Assembly: GCF_006345805.1 (NCBI RefSeq) | Contig: NC_042997.1 | Location: 137,640,001 to 137,704,000 of the forward strand | Source of the DNA: Octopus sinensis | Lineage: Eukaryota | Direction: 5' to 3' | Length of the DNA stretch: 64,000 nt | Shown here: piece after piece, positions 1-13,816 of the stretch | How positions within the stretch are numbered: position 1 is the first letter of the stretch | How the letters are laid out: each line of letters starts with the position of its first letter | Made by a program: the position numbers and the translations under genes | Notes under the pieces: generated by a model | What the model was told of the DNA's origin: nothing | The model's database searches: none | Seen by the model: the letters and a program-made list of their open reading frames with translations, nothing else

Positions 1-3000
1 TAATCCATTTCTTAACTATTTCATTCTAATATATCCAAAGAAAGTCCTTTACTTATAATAAACCCCTCTTCACAATCTACCTTCTATCTTTGGTCTACAC
101 CAAACTGTGTTCTTATATTATTCTGCTTTGTGTCAAAACTGTTTACGCCTTTGACCTTGCTTTCTATCTGCTCTTGACTAGAAAATAGCCATCCCACCTA
201 TTGATTTACATTTTCCACTCCCACACATTCTAAACTACATTCAAACAAAAGCCATATGTTTGGCTAGCAAGCTTCCACTAACTAATGCTTTTCTATCTCT
301 GGTCCATTGTCAAGCCATATTCTCTATTTGTCTCTTTTATATAACTACTGTAAGAGCTCATACTTCTCTGGACTTACTGAATTTATCATATAGCCTTCAC
401 CTTAATCTTCTTAATGCATCTGTTGTTGTTCTGTTGTGTTTCATCCATTATTCCTTTGCTTATCATTTTGTTTTCCATCTATGTTTCTCATAACCATTAT
501 CTTACAGAACTACCTGTTTCTCTCTGGTCCCTTATGTACAGCACTTCAAAGACAGACTATTTATTTCACTTATGAATTTCTCTCAGGATTCTTAGAAAGT
601 TGTAAACATCAGTCCTTATAGAAACATTGAAAAAACATTCAATCATATCTTATTTATTCTACCTGTCTCTTTACTTCAAAAAGGTCTGCCTTCCCTGTAA
701 GAATAAGAAATTAGAAATAATTTCATTCTCATTACACTTGATGTCTATAGTTTGGTGTTATTTCAGAACATAAGTCACTCCATGCTGGTATGGGTTGGAC
801 AGCATGACATGAACTAATGAATCAGAAAGCTGTGCCAAGCTCTGATCTCTTCTTTGGCATGGTTCCTACAGCTGCAAGCCCTTCCTAGTACCAACCCCTT
901 TACAAAATGTATTGGATACTTTTTAATATATCTTTAATAATACTTCAAATTGTATATTAATGGATACGGTCTTACATTAACTTACATTAACATAGCCACT
1001 GGTGATAGGAAAAATGAAGGATATTTCATTGCGATAGAATGAAAATTAATTTCCTGACTGCTTGTCTGTTGACATGCTTAAATCAAGTATTTAGATAAAT
1101 ATTTGATATTCTTAAAATACAATCTATGAATATCTAATGTAGAATAAATTATCAAATAAGTGTAAATGTCCTCCTTTTTTATGAGTTTTCTTTTTGCACA
1201 TCTACTTACATATGTTTCACAAAATCTTGATAAAGAATTCCGTTTATCGCTATAAAATTCACTGGTGAGATTTCTTTAATTCTGATATATCTTGAGATGA
1301 ATATATTCAGATTATCAAAAGAATAACAAATATCATTAAATCTTACCACATCTCAAGTGTTCTGAAGAGAGCCAATTATATTCCATTCCAATAAAGCTTG
1401 CACACGCATTCACACACATGCACGTGTGTGCACACATGCACATGCACACACACACACGTGTTTGACAGAGAGAGTGGGAATGAGAAGGGAGAAGAAGAGA
1501 AAGAGTTGGAAGTATTTATTCTGAAAAAAAAAAGTATTTTTTTAAGATCTATAAATGAATATTCAATTATCAAAACAAAGAGAGAATATAGTAAATTAAT
1601 AATCAAAATGCTTTCTATTTTAGGATAGAGTATTTCCCAGTAATTAAATAAAGCTAATTAGTGGGGAAAATTATCATAGAAATAATACAAGTTAATTTTA
1701 AGTCCATGTGAAAGATTCTTGAGTAGGTAGTATTGAAATTGAAATTCCTTGTGATAATGCTCCTTTAATAGAGTTATTTTGCATTATTCGAAGTGCTGCA
1801 ACTGTTGAGAGAAAATTTAGTTATTAGTATATTCGTTCTTATGAATAAAATATTTGAAAGATTTATGTTCTTATAAAATAGATCAGAAAAAAAAATGTGA
1901 AATACTTTGGTTAATTATTTGAAAATTCCCCATGTGGAAGTATAATGATTCTACTTTTGGTAATTCAAACAATATGAGAAAAATTGGTAATGAACGAAAA
2001 ATTATCTTAGAGTTCAGGTGAATAATCTTATTCACAAGTTTGTACATAAACAATATACTTTGACATAGTATAAGCTCAGATATTTTAAAGATTTTTAATG
2101 GATAGAAAATTGGATTTGAGTGTGAGCAATGAGGGAGAAAAAAGATAAACTTGATTGTTTATTTTTAGAGACTAGTTCTACTTCAGTGGCTTCTGAAGAC
2201 CTGAGATGAGCTAGATAGATAATTAATACTATAGATTTATCTATCCATGTATTACATATTATATCTTTAGACTCAGCCCAAGCCAAACATTTTTCGCATT
2301 AAATATTTCAAACTGCTATTTTTATCTCAAAGCGGTTTTGATTACTTATGACCTCTGTATATTTTTTCCCTTCCTTTCTATGATGCAAAAATAATGGAAT
2401 AGCTTTTTTATTCAAGAAATAATGTATTCTTTACATACAACATGTTTAACATTTTACAGAATGCATGTCATTGGGTACCTATCTAGAAATAGGTCAAATC
2501 ATCAATGATGTCAAATCCGAACTTAGAATCAAGAATTATGTGACAAATAGTTTGATACTGGGAATTATGAAGTCTTGCAGTTTACTAACCTGGACATCCT
2601 CTAATGAATAAACACACACATGGAAATATGTTGGAGCAATGGAGGGCCAATTTAAGGCTAGGCTAAATACCTCAGGTTTTCTGTTACGATCCTGGAGAGG
2701 TGCAATGTTACATCATTAACCAGCTATATATAGTGATTAAAAGAGGAGGGTATGCCAAACAAAATTAACTGGAAGCTGCTGGAAGCAGATGGTGCAAACT
2801 TTGCCTAGTTGAGAGGACAATGATCCTAAAAAATTTGTACTGCCTGGGATGCTTCTTGAATTCAAAAAGTGAGATATTTAGTTACTACCTTTATAACAGA
2901 AAATTCAGTTTGGAAACAGGATCTTCTCCATTTGCCGACTAGAGAATAGAAATAACATATGCAGGTACAGCAGAAACGCTTCAGCCACAGGTGGAATTGT

Positions 3001-3486
3001 ACAAGGGAGTCAACTATTCTTTCCCTCTCAAAGGGAATACACATATACATACAAATATGCACCAACACACATTTATAGACACATATGAATGTAAAATATA
3101 TGAATTAGTTAAATGGACATATATACAATTAGATGAACCCATATAAGTATTAATGACATATGTTAAAGATAGTCCAAAGTAAATGTATTTTTTACTTTTC
3201 ATATGATTGCTTTATGTTGATAAGAAGATAATATTGTAGACAATTAAGAAGGTGACCATCAGATTAACAACATGTTTTTTGACTTGTTAATTTGATTGCA
3301 TATCAATCATTTACCTACCTGAATTATGGTGGAACCTGAAGAGTTGAGAGATTCAATGTAATATATTCCATAATTTCATAGATGTTGTATGCCTTACATA
3401 TCTGCATGTATGATGTTATATTGCAATAAAATCTCTCAACGAAACATTGTATTAATACCATAAAATCCACTTGTCTGTTTTTATTT

Positions 3487-4766
3487 TATTGGGTTGGCAA
3501 CTAAGTTCCTGCTGTTTTTTTAAATTTAAGTTTTTTAAAAGGTTTAATAAAAAATAACAACTAATTAATCAATAATGTATTCCCCCTTGTTGTTTACAAC
3601 TTCTTCCCAATGTTCAACAAGATTTTCGATACCTCATTGGTAGAAATCACTCGATTTCGACTCGAAAAATTGATCCAACCAAGCTCTCAATTCTGCATCA
3701 GTATTGAACGAAACAATGCGCATAGCATTTGAAAGAGATCGAATGAGGTGGAAGTCCGTTTAGGAGAGTACAGTGAGTGTGGCAGCACTTCCCAGCCATG
3801 CGTTTGAATGGCTTCCTTGCTCATATTGGCGATATGAGGACATTGTTGTGCAGCAGCAGAACTCCATGCTGCCAATTTTTCTCTTTTCTGTTGAATAGCC
3901 ATGTTGAGTCATTCCATCTGTTGAACATAGAGTTCCATGTTGACTGTTTGGTTCCGTTCAAGCAATTCATAATAGATAATCCCTTCCCAGTCCCACCATA
4001 TGCAGAACATCATTTTACACGGATGAAGATCTTGTTTCACATGTGGTGTCGCTTGTTTACCGTAGTTAAGCCATTCCTTATGCTGCTTGATATTGATGTA
4101 CAGGCACCATTTTTTGTTGCCAGTAATGATTTGGCAAAGAAATCGTTGCTTGTGATCATGAGTTGAGTGGTATGAGCAAGCAAAACAACAGAGCTTGTGG
4201 CTCGTTGATTTTTGTTATCACTTAAAGCATGTGGAACCCATGCTCCATACTTCTGAACCTTTCCCATCGAGTGAAGATGCTTCTCTATAGCAGTGTGGGG
4301 GCATTCCATTTTCTCTGCCAGTTCCCTTGTCATTTGATGAGAATTTTCGTACAAAAGTTGGTTTAATTGCTCTTCATCGAACTCAACTGGACGGCCAGAA
4401 TGAAGTGCGTCTTTGAGGTCAAAATTTCCGTTTTTGAACTTGGCATACCAATCACAAGCAGTTCTTTCAGTTATGGCACCCTCTCCATACACAGCACAAA
4501 TGTTGTAAGCATATTTTGCAGCCTTAGAACCTTGATTAAAAGCAAAAAGAAGGAAGTGTCAAAAATGCTTGTTTTTCTTAACTTGACATTTCATTTTAAT
4601 GATCTGAAAATAAACAAAAATTAACTAAAATCAACTAGAAAAAAACAAAATAGATTCCAAAATGATTCAAAGATAGAATTCTCATAAAAAATAGATCCCG
4701 AAATTTAAAAAGGCAATAAATTCCAAAATTTTAAAAAACGGCGGGAACGTAGTTGCCAACCCAATA
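3487..4766 (-). mobile_element. Full-length degenerate mariner (Tc1/mariner) DNA transposon
   Basis: 32-bp TIRs TTGGGTTGGCAACTAAGTTCCTGCTGTTTTTT (3489-3520) and its reverse complement with 3 mismatches (4733-4764), TA on both sides, length ~1.28 kb. Confidence 0.95.
3565..4594 (-). pseudogene. Mariner transposase pseudogene (mellifera/capitata-like N-terminus)
   Basis: MKCQVKKNKHF*HFLLFAFNQG..., HTH region YGEGAITERTACDWYAKFKNGNFDLKD..SGRP, WVPHAL (WVPHEL motif), decayed YSPD motif (HSLYSPK); contains stops and frameshifts. Confidence 0.92.
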
Positions 4767-4800
4767 TATATATACATGTGTATGTGTATATGTGTATATA

Positions 4801-4833
<33 letters not shown>

Positions 4834-5216
4834 TATATATATATATATATGTATGTATGTATATGTACATAGGTATATGTATGTGAGTGTGTGTGTGTGT
4901 ATATATATATATAATATATATATATATGTATACACACACATCTATCAGTTGAATAAAGTTAAAACATGGTCTGGTTTTCATGTTTTTTATTATGGTATTT
5001 TAACTTTAAAAAAATATTTTTATAATGCTCATAAAGTTAAACTAGCACTTTTATACATTGTGTAATCATCAAATTTCAAATGTATATATGTATATATATA
5101 TGGGTGTGTATATGTATATATATGTGTATATGAATATACAAGTCCATTTTTTTTAAAGGTGTAGCATTTGTAATAGTCTGGATAGAATTGACATATCGGT
5201 TCCATTCTAGCAAAAA

Positions 5217-5254
5217 CTGTCCGATGAACGGCAACGGGAAACTCAGAGTAACAG
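5217..5254 (+). ncRNA. Degenerate type I hammerhead ribozyme relic
   Basis: Stem I CTGT/ACAG, core CCGATGA (U4 changed to C), broken stem II ACGG-CAA-CGG, GAAAC-TCAGA-GTA; same TCAGA loop III as the 22029-22087 motif. Confidence 0.55.
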
Positions 5255-5295
5255 GTTTTGTTGAATTTTCTGCTGCTTTAAATAAAGTATATATA

Positions 5296-5332
<37 letters not shown>

Positions 5333-5335
<3 letters not shown>

Positions 5336-6572
5336 GAGCGGGTATCCAAAAGTAACCAGAAACGTTCTCTGTGGGACAAGCCTGTTGCAGTTCAGGCTTT
5401 CACTGCTAGAAGCCACTTGATGCAACCCTCAGGTATCAGTCTGCTGACTGGCATTGTCAGATGGAGTTGTACATAGTGGGTCTTTGTTTAGCAGTGCTTC
5501 TCCCCTGTTCATCGATTTTAGTGATGGCTAAAATGAAGGACAGCGTGCTTATGTGAAATTCTATTTTCTGCTGGGGATTTAGTGGCCAAAATAGTTGTCA
5601 TACGTCAGACAGTTTAAAAGGATGCTGCCATGAGCAAAACACAAGTTTATGAGTGGCTTTTATGCTTTAGGAGTGGTTACTTGTCACTTGATGACCAACC
5701 TCGTTTGGGGCCTCCCTAATGAACAAAAACAAATTGAAAATTCATGAACTGATCTTGGAGGACTGTTGCTGAACAACTGAGCAGCTTGTTGATATGACTG
5801 GTGTGTCCTGGAGCTCCTGCCAACGAAGTTTGAGTGAGGAATTGCAAATAAAAAGAGTTGCAGCAAAATTTGTGTCTCACCTGCTTGCAGAAGATCAAAA
5901 GCAGTCATGACTGAATGCATGTTGTGAACTAAAAGAACACTTGGAAGTTGATTCAGACCTTTACTTGAAGGTCATCACTGGTGACAAAAGCTGGTGCTAT
6001 GGATACGACCTGGAAATGAAGCAGCAATCAAGTCAGTGGAAGCATTCAATGTCACCATGCACCCCAAAGTGCTTCAAGTGAAGTCCAATGTCAAGATGCT
6101 GCTGATTTGTTTTATTGATGTGAATGAAATTGTCCACACAGAATTTGTTCCTCCGGGTTAAAATGTTAATTAGGCATTTTACTTGGCAGTTCTCAAGTGT
6201 TTGTGAGACACAGTGAGATTAAAATGCCCTGACAAGTGGCGAAGTGGAGAGTGGTGGTTTCATCAGGACAGTGCACCTGAGCACACACCCACCTTGAGTG
6301 TGAGACAGTTTTTGACTAAATATTACACAACCCTGCGTACTCACCCTCCTTATTCACTCAATCTTGCTCCCTGCAACTTTTTTTGTTCCCCCAAATGAAA
6401 AAGATCCTTAAAGGAAAGCATTTTGCAGATTTGGAAGAGATGAAGAAAAATGTCGGTGGCATTAAAAGGTATCACTTTACAAGAGTTCCAGGACTGCTTT
6501 GAACAGTAGAAAACTCTTCTGGGTTGAGGCATTGCTTAAAATAGGGAGTACTATGAAGATGATAAAAGTGTA
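5333..6572 (+). mobile_element. Degenerate mariner, irritans-like, right TIR not found
   Basis: TA+CGAGCGGGTATCCAAAAGT left end; transposase relic 5524-6572 with VITGDKSWCYGYDLEMKQQSSQW, HQDSAPEH and PPYSLNLAPCNFF motifs; many stops and frameshifts. Confidence 0.9.
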
Positions 6573-6686
6573 AACATATAAAAATAAGTGAAATCAGACT
6601 CCAGTCTGATTTGGCATGGTTTCTACAGCTGGATGCCCTTCCTAATGCCAACCACTCAAAGACTGTAATGGGTGCTTTTATGTGTG

Positions 6687-6721
<35 letters not shown>

Positions 6722-7682
6722 ATGTGTGTGTGTGTGTGTATGTATATACTAGCTTTGAAAGGCACCTTTGAGGCCTTCAGCTCCACTATTGGACCACTTT
6801 GTGGCCTTCTACCCTTGTTTATGTATCTTCTGGTATTAATTATCCGATACCCCATTCCAAATTCCCTACCTGACATATATCCACACACCCATACCCGTAC
6901 ACTCAATACCTATACTTCACTTGCACCAGTACCTAAACCTCATGTCCCATTAACTTGTTCGTCCAACATGTAACATGAATTCCATCTCTGTAAAGTGTCT
7001 GTGTATCAACCCTTGGCCTGCTTTTTGCCAGCTTTGCTGATTTAGAGCTTCTTATAAGACTTACAGCTAAGTTTCTAGTCTTGAAGCTTCCCTTCAGGTG
7101 GCATTCAGGCTAGCTCCTGAGGATGGCTTTTGGGAATTTTGTAGAGTATTCAGATAGATAAAACTCTAGAACTCTGTGGCTGAAGACCCCCCAAAAAATG
7201 AGCCACTTATTGGTCCTCAAAACTACAATTTGGAACCTTTTGCTCCATTAAATCTTAGTTCACGAGTATCATTTTTCAATCTCTTAAATCATTTTGTGTT
7301 TATTAATTGTAATATTTGTGGATAGAAGTATGAAATCACAAACCATTAGGAGTAATTTAGTATGATAATTGTTAGGAGTAATTTTATTACTGATATCATA
7401 CATTTATTATAGTATGAAGTATGGTTAATAATAACAAACACATTATAACCTCTTGTGAATTTTACTATGTTGATTATGTACATTGAAAATCATTTTATTT
7501 ACAATACAATAATATTAAATCATATTCATGCGTTTAATGAAAAAGCTCTAATTAGGTGGCTTGGTGCATTGTCTAAAGCAGCTATATTTTGTGGGAAATA
7601 TTGTATCTGGCACTGTACCTACACCAGGGTACAGTTATAACCATTATTTTCATAATTTAACTAAATATCTTTATTTCTTTTA

Positions 7683-8067
7683 TCTTTTACTTGTTTCAAT
7701 CATTAGACTGTGACCATATAGAGCATCACCTTGAAGAATTTTATAGTTGAATGCATTGACCCCAGTACTTATTTTTTTTAAAGACTGGTACTTGTTCTAT
7801 TGGTCTCTTTTGCTAAAGATACAAGCACTGGTTGTCAAGTAGTGGGTGGGTGAGACAAAGACAGACACAAAGACACAGATACACATACATATATACATAT
7901 ATACAATGGGTTTCTTTCAGTTTTCATTTGCCAAATCCACTCACAAGGCTTTGGTTGGCCTGAGACTATAGTAGAAGACATTTACTTATGATGCCATGCA
8001 GTTGGACTGAACTCCAAGCCATGTGTTTGAGAAGCAAGCTTCTTACCACACAACCACACCTATGCCT
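7683..8067 (-). mobile_element. tRNA-derived SINE, family A
   Basis: Head ...GTGGTAAGAAGCTTGCTT...GGAGTTCAGTCC and GTAAAAGA tail; homologous to 11670-12086. Confidence 0.85.
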
Positions 8068-8123
8068 TAGTATGATGTATGTTTTAAATGACTGAAACAA
8101 GTAAAAGATTATATATATATAAA

Positions 8124-8445
8124 TCTCTTATATAGAATCTGCTGTGTGTGTGTATGTGTGTGTGTGTCTTCTCGGATCTCGGGCATCCTCCATCAGATTG
8201 CGCTCAAATTTGATATGTAGATACCGATGGTTTCAGGGCATGTATAAGTCTTCAAAAAGTTACAAAAATCGATTCCAGGTGAGAATGCTATCGATAAAGC
8301 TGTGGGAAATCGTTTTTCTTTGGAATAGAAAAAAAGTCTATATTTATTACTTCTTTTGCTGGTGTCTCAAATTTAGGTTAAATCAGTGTTTTTCAAAAGG
8401 GAGGCCTATGGGACTTGAACGGGGGGGGGGGGGGGCTTTTGCTCG
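8124..8445 (+). mobile_element. Non-autonomous Helitron-like element, internally deleted copy
   Basis: A|TCTCTTATATAGAATC 5' end, ...GCTTTTGCTCG|T 3' end, no TSD; homologous to 28745-29304. Confidence 0.65.
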
Positions 8446-8467
8446 TACATACATGTATACATATATA

Positions 8468-8522
<55 letters not shown>

Positions 8523-8554
8523 TATATATACACACATACATATATAGATCAAGT

Positions 8555-9030
8555 TATGATGTTTAACTTCAAGTCATATTATTGAGGAAGAACTCATAAA
8601 AGCAATTGATGAAGAGAATGAATGTACCATTGAAAATGTCTCCTAAATCCAACATCATGGATGCAGTGGACATCTTAGCTGAGTCAAGTTATGAATGTTG
8701 TTTGGCAAAACATGGCCAGACTATATCTGTTAATAGCAAAACCTGAATCAGTTAAATTGGCACATGAACAGACAAATCAAGGTGGGTGCCAAGAAGAGAA
8801 TGGGTAGCTGCAGGCGTGTATGTTACTTATATATTCACATATATAGATACATACATCTACATACTCATACAGGTTTTTGTTTTTTTTTACCAACCAGAAG
8901 TCAGCTAGTTCCCAGAATATTGTTGACATTGGCAAATGAAGTCACAGTTTGAAGAAGTCATAGAACATCATGTGATTAAGTTGCTAGAATCTCATAGAGG
9001 TTCTTTGTCCAAAGAAACACTGATGTTAGA
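8555..9030 (+). pseudogene. pogo/Tigger-like transposase C-terminal remnant
   Basis: Frame-shifted FKSYY...LIKAIDEENECTIE...KSNIMDAVDILAES and ...KLLESHRGSLSKETLMLE resemble Tigger-type C-termini. Confidence 0.45.
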
Positions 9031-9479
9031 GTAGTGGTGAGCTGTATAGCAAGAAGAGGGTATAGAAACTTTACCCATTCTGCTTGACTGCAAAGAATAT
9101 GGTTAAATGAATGGTTTTTATAGAGTGCAAGTCTTTACTAATAATGATCATAATTATGACTAGAAATTAAAAGAGATCATAAGCTCAATTCATATTGGGC
9201 TATGCATAGAGATTGTACACCATAAATATCACACAGTTTTGAATAAATTCTTCACCCTGCAGCTGATGCTGATGATAATGATCTGTAAGGCAGAAGACAG
9301 TGCTCCTCCTCTTCCTTCCTGTAACTTGCATTATTCCACCTCCCATCACACTGCTGTCAACATCAATTGTGGCAATTATGTATTGTCTATTCTGTTTCCT
9401 GAATTAAGTTTTCTGACTCCTGTGTTCACTTGGTTGCTAGGAGATGAGGTGACTGGCTGGTTTCTTAAAGTTTGTGTTG

Positions 9480-10070
9480 TATATAGATTATTCACATCAT
9501 AGAACACCAGTTATCTTGATCCCTTCTCATTTGTTGTATGATGTCTATATACACCAGAGAAGCTCTTGTCGTATTGTCCAGTATAACCATTAAAATCTGC
9601 AACCGCAATAATGAGGTTGTTGTCATTTGTTTCTCAATTATTCTGAATTAATATGTGGAAGGACCTCATAAAAGCTGTCCTTCAGTTCATCTGCCAGTCG
9701 TAAGCATGGTGTGTATGCTGAAATAAATTTTGATGTTTTATTGTCTATACCTAGTTTAAGCATAATTATCCTATCACACATTCTGACTACTACAATCACT
9801 TTATCTATACATTTCTCAGCTGACACTATAGTAATTTACACCCACCCAATCACTATTATCTGTCCAGAAGAACTTGTATCACTGTTCAATGCCTGTGAGG
9901 AATTTGACTGAGGCCTCCTTCTAGCTTTAATTCTTGCACACAGCACACCTCCACTCACCTTCACTCCAACATCTCCATAATCTCTCCAGACTTATCTTTC
10001 ATTGTGCTGATGTTGATGGTGACAACCTTAAACTTTTTGATCTGAACAAAAGCAGGAGGAATTCCAGTAC
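9480..10070 (-). pseudogene. RTE-clade LINE AP-endonuclease remnant
   Basis: KVVTINISTMKDKSGEIMEMLE*R*VEVCCVQE, VRMCDRIIMLKL, ISAYTP...KDSFYE and VADFNGY(T)G are collinear APE motifs. Confidence 0.85.
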
Positions 10071-10608
10071 TGGTATAGCTGGATGTTGATTTACATTACT
10101 TTGTATGATTGCTTATTGATGATCAGAAAACTCTCACACATAGCAAGATAGTAAAATATATGAAGCCCAGTGTACCCATCATGACTACCTGTCTGATAAG
10201 GGTACCCCAGGCACATGAATCAGAACCATATGTGCACAACATGGTGATCTCATATCAAGATAAACAGCGCATTACCTTGCAGGTGGGGTCCAGTTAGAAC
10301 TTTCTTCAGGTTAAGTAGCCCATCCTGCTCAAAAGGTCCCTGAATAAGGGTTGTTTAAGGATGTTGAATGAAACATTCATGTTTCCAGTGGTGACTTATC
10401 CAAACCCCAAAGAATTCCTCTCAACACATGGCTATAATGCTCCCCAACTACTTTTGCTTGTGATCTGAGATGCACATATCATCAGCCACTAAGGGACATG
10501 CTCAACTGGTTATGGTCAAACAACTGACAAGCAAATCTGTGGTATTGAGCAGAATATTTGCTGTAACCCATCTCTTATACCAAGACAAAACAATGTACAT
10601 AATACTTC

Positions 10609-10664
<56 letters not shown>

Positions 10665-10776
10665 TATGTTTGACTTTTGCTTTATATTTGTACAAGTTGG
10701 CTCCAAGTCTCACCCAGAGACCTCAAGAGACAACAGGGTTGGAAGTTCATGTTGTTGTTATGCCTAGTGTGCCATA

Positions 10777-10834
<58 letters not shown>

Positions 10835-10836
<2 letters not shown>

Positions 10837-11670
10837 TTTTGACTCAGGTTTGTTCTTATTCCTGGTAGAATTTATGTGGGAAGTGGGTTACTAACTGTAA
10901 CCTTAGATATCCACAAGCTTTCAATAATCTTTTAAATGCACAAAGCCCTTCTGATAATCTTTCCTGTCCCTAAGAGGCAAACTTTCTGTAGAAACTCTAC
11001 AGCTTACAGTTCCTAATGCTCCAATTATTACAGGCACAACCTTTACAATTTTCATATTCCAAATTCTTGCAATTTCAAATTTTAAAGGATTGTATTTTTT
11101 AATTTTTCTTCTTTCTTTACAATCAAAGGGAGATGATAGATCAATTAGTAAGCAACTTATTGTTGTATTGTTAGCTTATCCATTTGAATAGGAATATCCC
11201 ATAAAATCGTGTATTTCTCCAACTCAAGCACTCCTTCAACCTGATGATTGTACCAAGTACTTCCAGCTTCAAATCCCCATTTCTGACAAGGCTTCCAGTG
11301 CAAAACTTTCACAACTTGATCATGCCTCCATTTTTTAATATTTTTCCTGTGCTAACTTGGGACAGTCTGCAACAATGTATTTCATCCCAAATTCTGCACA
11401 CTCTACATTTTGCTGACACTTTATCCCCATACACATATTTTCTCAAGTTATTTGTTTTTAAAACTTGATCTTGAGCTGTTATAATAAGGCTCTCTGCTCC
11501 TTTTTTTCAGTTGTCTTTTTTTTTCAACCAAACCCAGGTTTTTGTTCCACATACATCCCCAGTGGCTTTCCAAAACTGACCATGCAAAAGTTTCTTTTCA
11601 ATCTGCTTAACACACTCTCTTTGAATTTCATTCTTGCTCTTTTCTCTTATTCCACCCTTGATCACCTCTT
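10835..11670 (-). mobile_element. R4/Dong(Rex6)-clade non-LTR retrotransposon 3' part (RLE endonuclease)
   Basis: KLLHGQF..TWVWLKK, ILWDIPIQMD, KKYNPLKFEIARIWNMKIVKVVPVIIGALGTV, FLQKVCLLGTGKIIRRAL*, followed by a (TAA)n tract. Confidence 0.85.
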
Positions 11671-11874
11671 TTACTCTTTTACTTGTTTCAGTCATTTTAT
11701 TGTGGCCATGCTGGAGCACCACCTTTAGTTGAGCAAATCGACCCCAGGACTTATTCTTTGGAAGCCTAGTACTTATTCTATCGGTCTCTTTTGCCGAACC
11801 GCTAAATCACGGGGACGTAAACACACCAGCTTCAGTTGTCAAGTGATGTTGGGGGGACAAACACAGACACACAA

Positions 11875-11925
<51 letters not shown>

Positions 11926-12086
11926 CAACGGGCTTCTTTCAATTTCCATCTACCAAATCCACTCACAAGGCTTTAGTCGACCTGAGGCTACAGTAGAAGA
12001 CATTTGCCCAAGGTGACACACAATGGGACTGAACCTGGAACCATGTGGTTGGTAAGCAAGCTACTTACCACACAGCCACTCCTATA
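11670..12086 (-). mobile_element. tRNA-derived SINE, family A (best copy)
   Basis: A/B-box-like head GGCTGTGTGGTAAGTAGC...GGTTCAGTCCC, internal (TG)n, tail GAAACAAGTAAAAGAGTAAAAGA. Further copies at ~22860-23135(+), 38030-38440(-), 39760-39918(-), 42735-42960(+), 44281-44372(-), 49312-49672(+), 55645-55982(+), 57615-57775(+), 62402-62575(+), 62730-62892(+). Confidence 0.9.
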
Positions 12087-12589
12087 CCTATTCTAGTCCT
12101 GTTCTTTATTCACTGCCTTTATTAATTTCTCTGGAAAAAAACGATTTGCAGTATTTGTTCTAGCCCTTTATGTCCTGAATTTAATTTCCTCTGTGGTCAA
12201 CTTTGCCCTTCATCTCTCCAGAGCCAATAAAATGAAGTACCAGTTAATTACTGGGATTAACATTATCTGATGTTCCTCTCCCTTCTAAACTTCTGGCATT
12301 GTGCCTCTATTAGAAACAACTATTAAGGGTGTATAGGCAGCATTGTGAGGGCATCAGACAAAATACCTTGCAATGTTCCTTCTGGCACTTTATATTCTGA
12401 GTTTAAGTCCTACAAAGGTTGACTTTGCCTTTCATTCTTACGGGGTCCATAAAATAAGTACCAGTTGAGCACTGGGGTTGATGTAACTGACTAGCCCCCT
12501 TCCAGCTAAATTCCAGGCCTATAAGTAGTACAAAGGATTATTATTATTGTTATTGCTGTTGTTTTTGTTATTATAATAATTATTATTAT

Positions 12590-12804
12590 TAAGGTGGTGA
12601 GCTGGCAGAATCGTTAGCATGATGGGCATAATGCTTAGTGGTATTTTGTCTGTCTTCATGTTCTGAGTTCAAATTCCACTGAGGTCAACTTTGCCTTTCA
12701 TCCTTTCGGGGGTCAATAAAATAAGTATTAGTTGAGTACTGGGATTGATGCAATCGACTACCCCCCCCCCACAATTTCAGGCCTTGTGTCTATAGTAAAA
12801 AGTA

Positions 12805-12847
<43 letters not shown>

Positions 12848-12900
12848 GGTGGTGAGCTAGCAGAATCATTAGCTCATCAGACAGAATGCTTGGTGCATTT
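12590..12900 (+). mobile_element. tRNA-derived SINE family B, tandem copies separated by (TTA)n
   Basis: AAGGTGGTGAGCTGGCAGAATCGTTAGC...GAGTTCAAATTCC heads at ~12590 and ~12845; older partial copies at 12130-12530. Confidence 0.85.
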
Positions 12901-13816
12901 CTTCTGGTGCATTTCTTCTTTTACACACACACACGGCTGTACACACACTAAATATTTAAGCTTTTTCCATAATGTTAAATTGCATAATGAAAGTGGATCA
13001 GATGGTAAGAAATTACACAAAAAATTTGTGCCATAATTATTTAAAATATAGAATGTACTAAATACTTTAAGAAATAAATATCTGATGCTCACAAAATTGG
13101 TCTATTCTGGAATAAAAATGCCAAAAAGAAATTTTTTACCTAGAACAGAAAAAAAAAATGCATTCATATCTTCAAAAGATCAAATCCCATTTGTATAATG
13201 CTGTAATGGACTAGGTGATTGTTTCTGAATTACTAACTTACTGGACATAGTAACAGACTATAAACATCAATTTTTATGTACATGCAAACATAAACACAGA
13301 CAAGGGAAAACACATACATATGCACACACAGATAAGATGATCATATTTTTATTCACATTTGATAATTGTTTAAATCTTGTTTGTATGGTTTTATTATTGA
13401 TAATATTGTTAAAAATGTATTTCCTTGATTTATATAATTTCAATTTGCTTGGTGATTCACAGAACCAGATTGCCATATAAACCCAGTCCTATCCATCCTT
13501 CTGTTTGTCTGTACACATGCATGCACTTTATCCCGACATACTAAGTGGTATGTGTACACATATGCATAGACATGCACTTTGTATGTTGGGTTATGTGTAT
13601 ATATTGTCTATATAGCTACTCTTTTCATACATACTGAGCAAGGCAGTTTCTAGATGCTATGTATAATGTGTTTTTGCATTGTTAAACTTTAGTCTTTTAG
13701 AAACTAGACAATTCAAAGTGCTTCAACAAATTTTACGATGAAAACTATTCATCAGCTTGTAGATGTCAACTTCATTTAGTCCTTACCTGGAATAATATCT
13801 AGTCCTAACTTGTCAA

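Noticed and set aside
1348-1362. 15-nt minus-strand microexon
   Set aside because: Splice dinucleotides are present, but nothing distinguishes it from chance.
4037-4492. Host SETMAR-like gene
   Set aside because: It lies between TIRs, has no SET domain, and the frame is disrupted.
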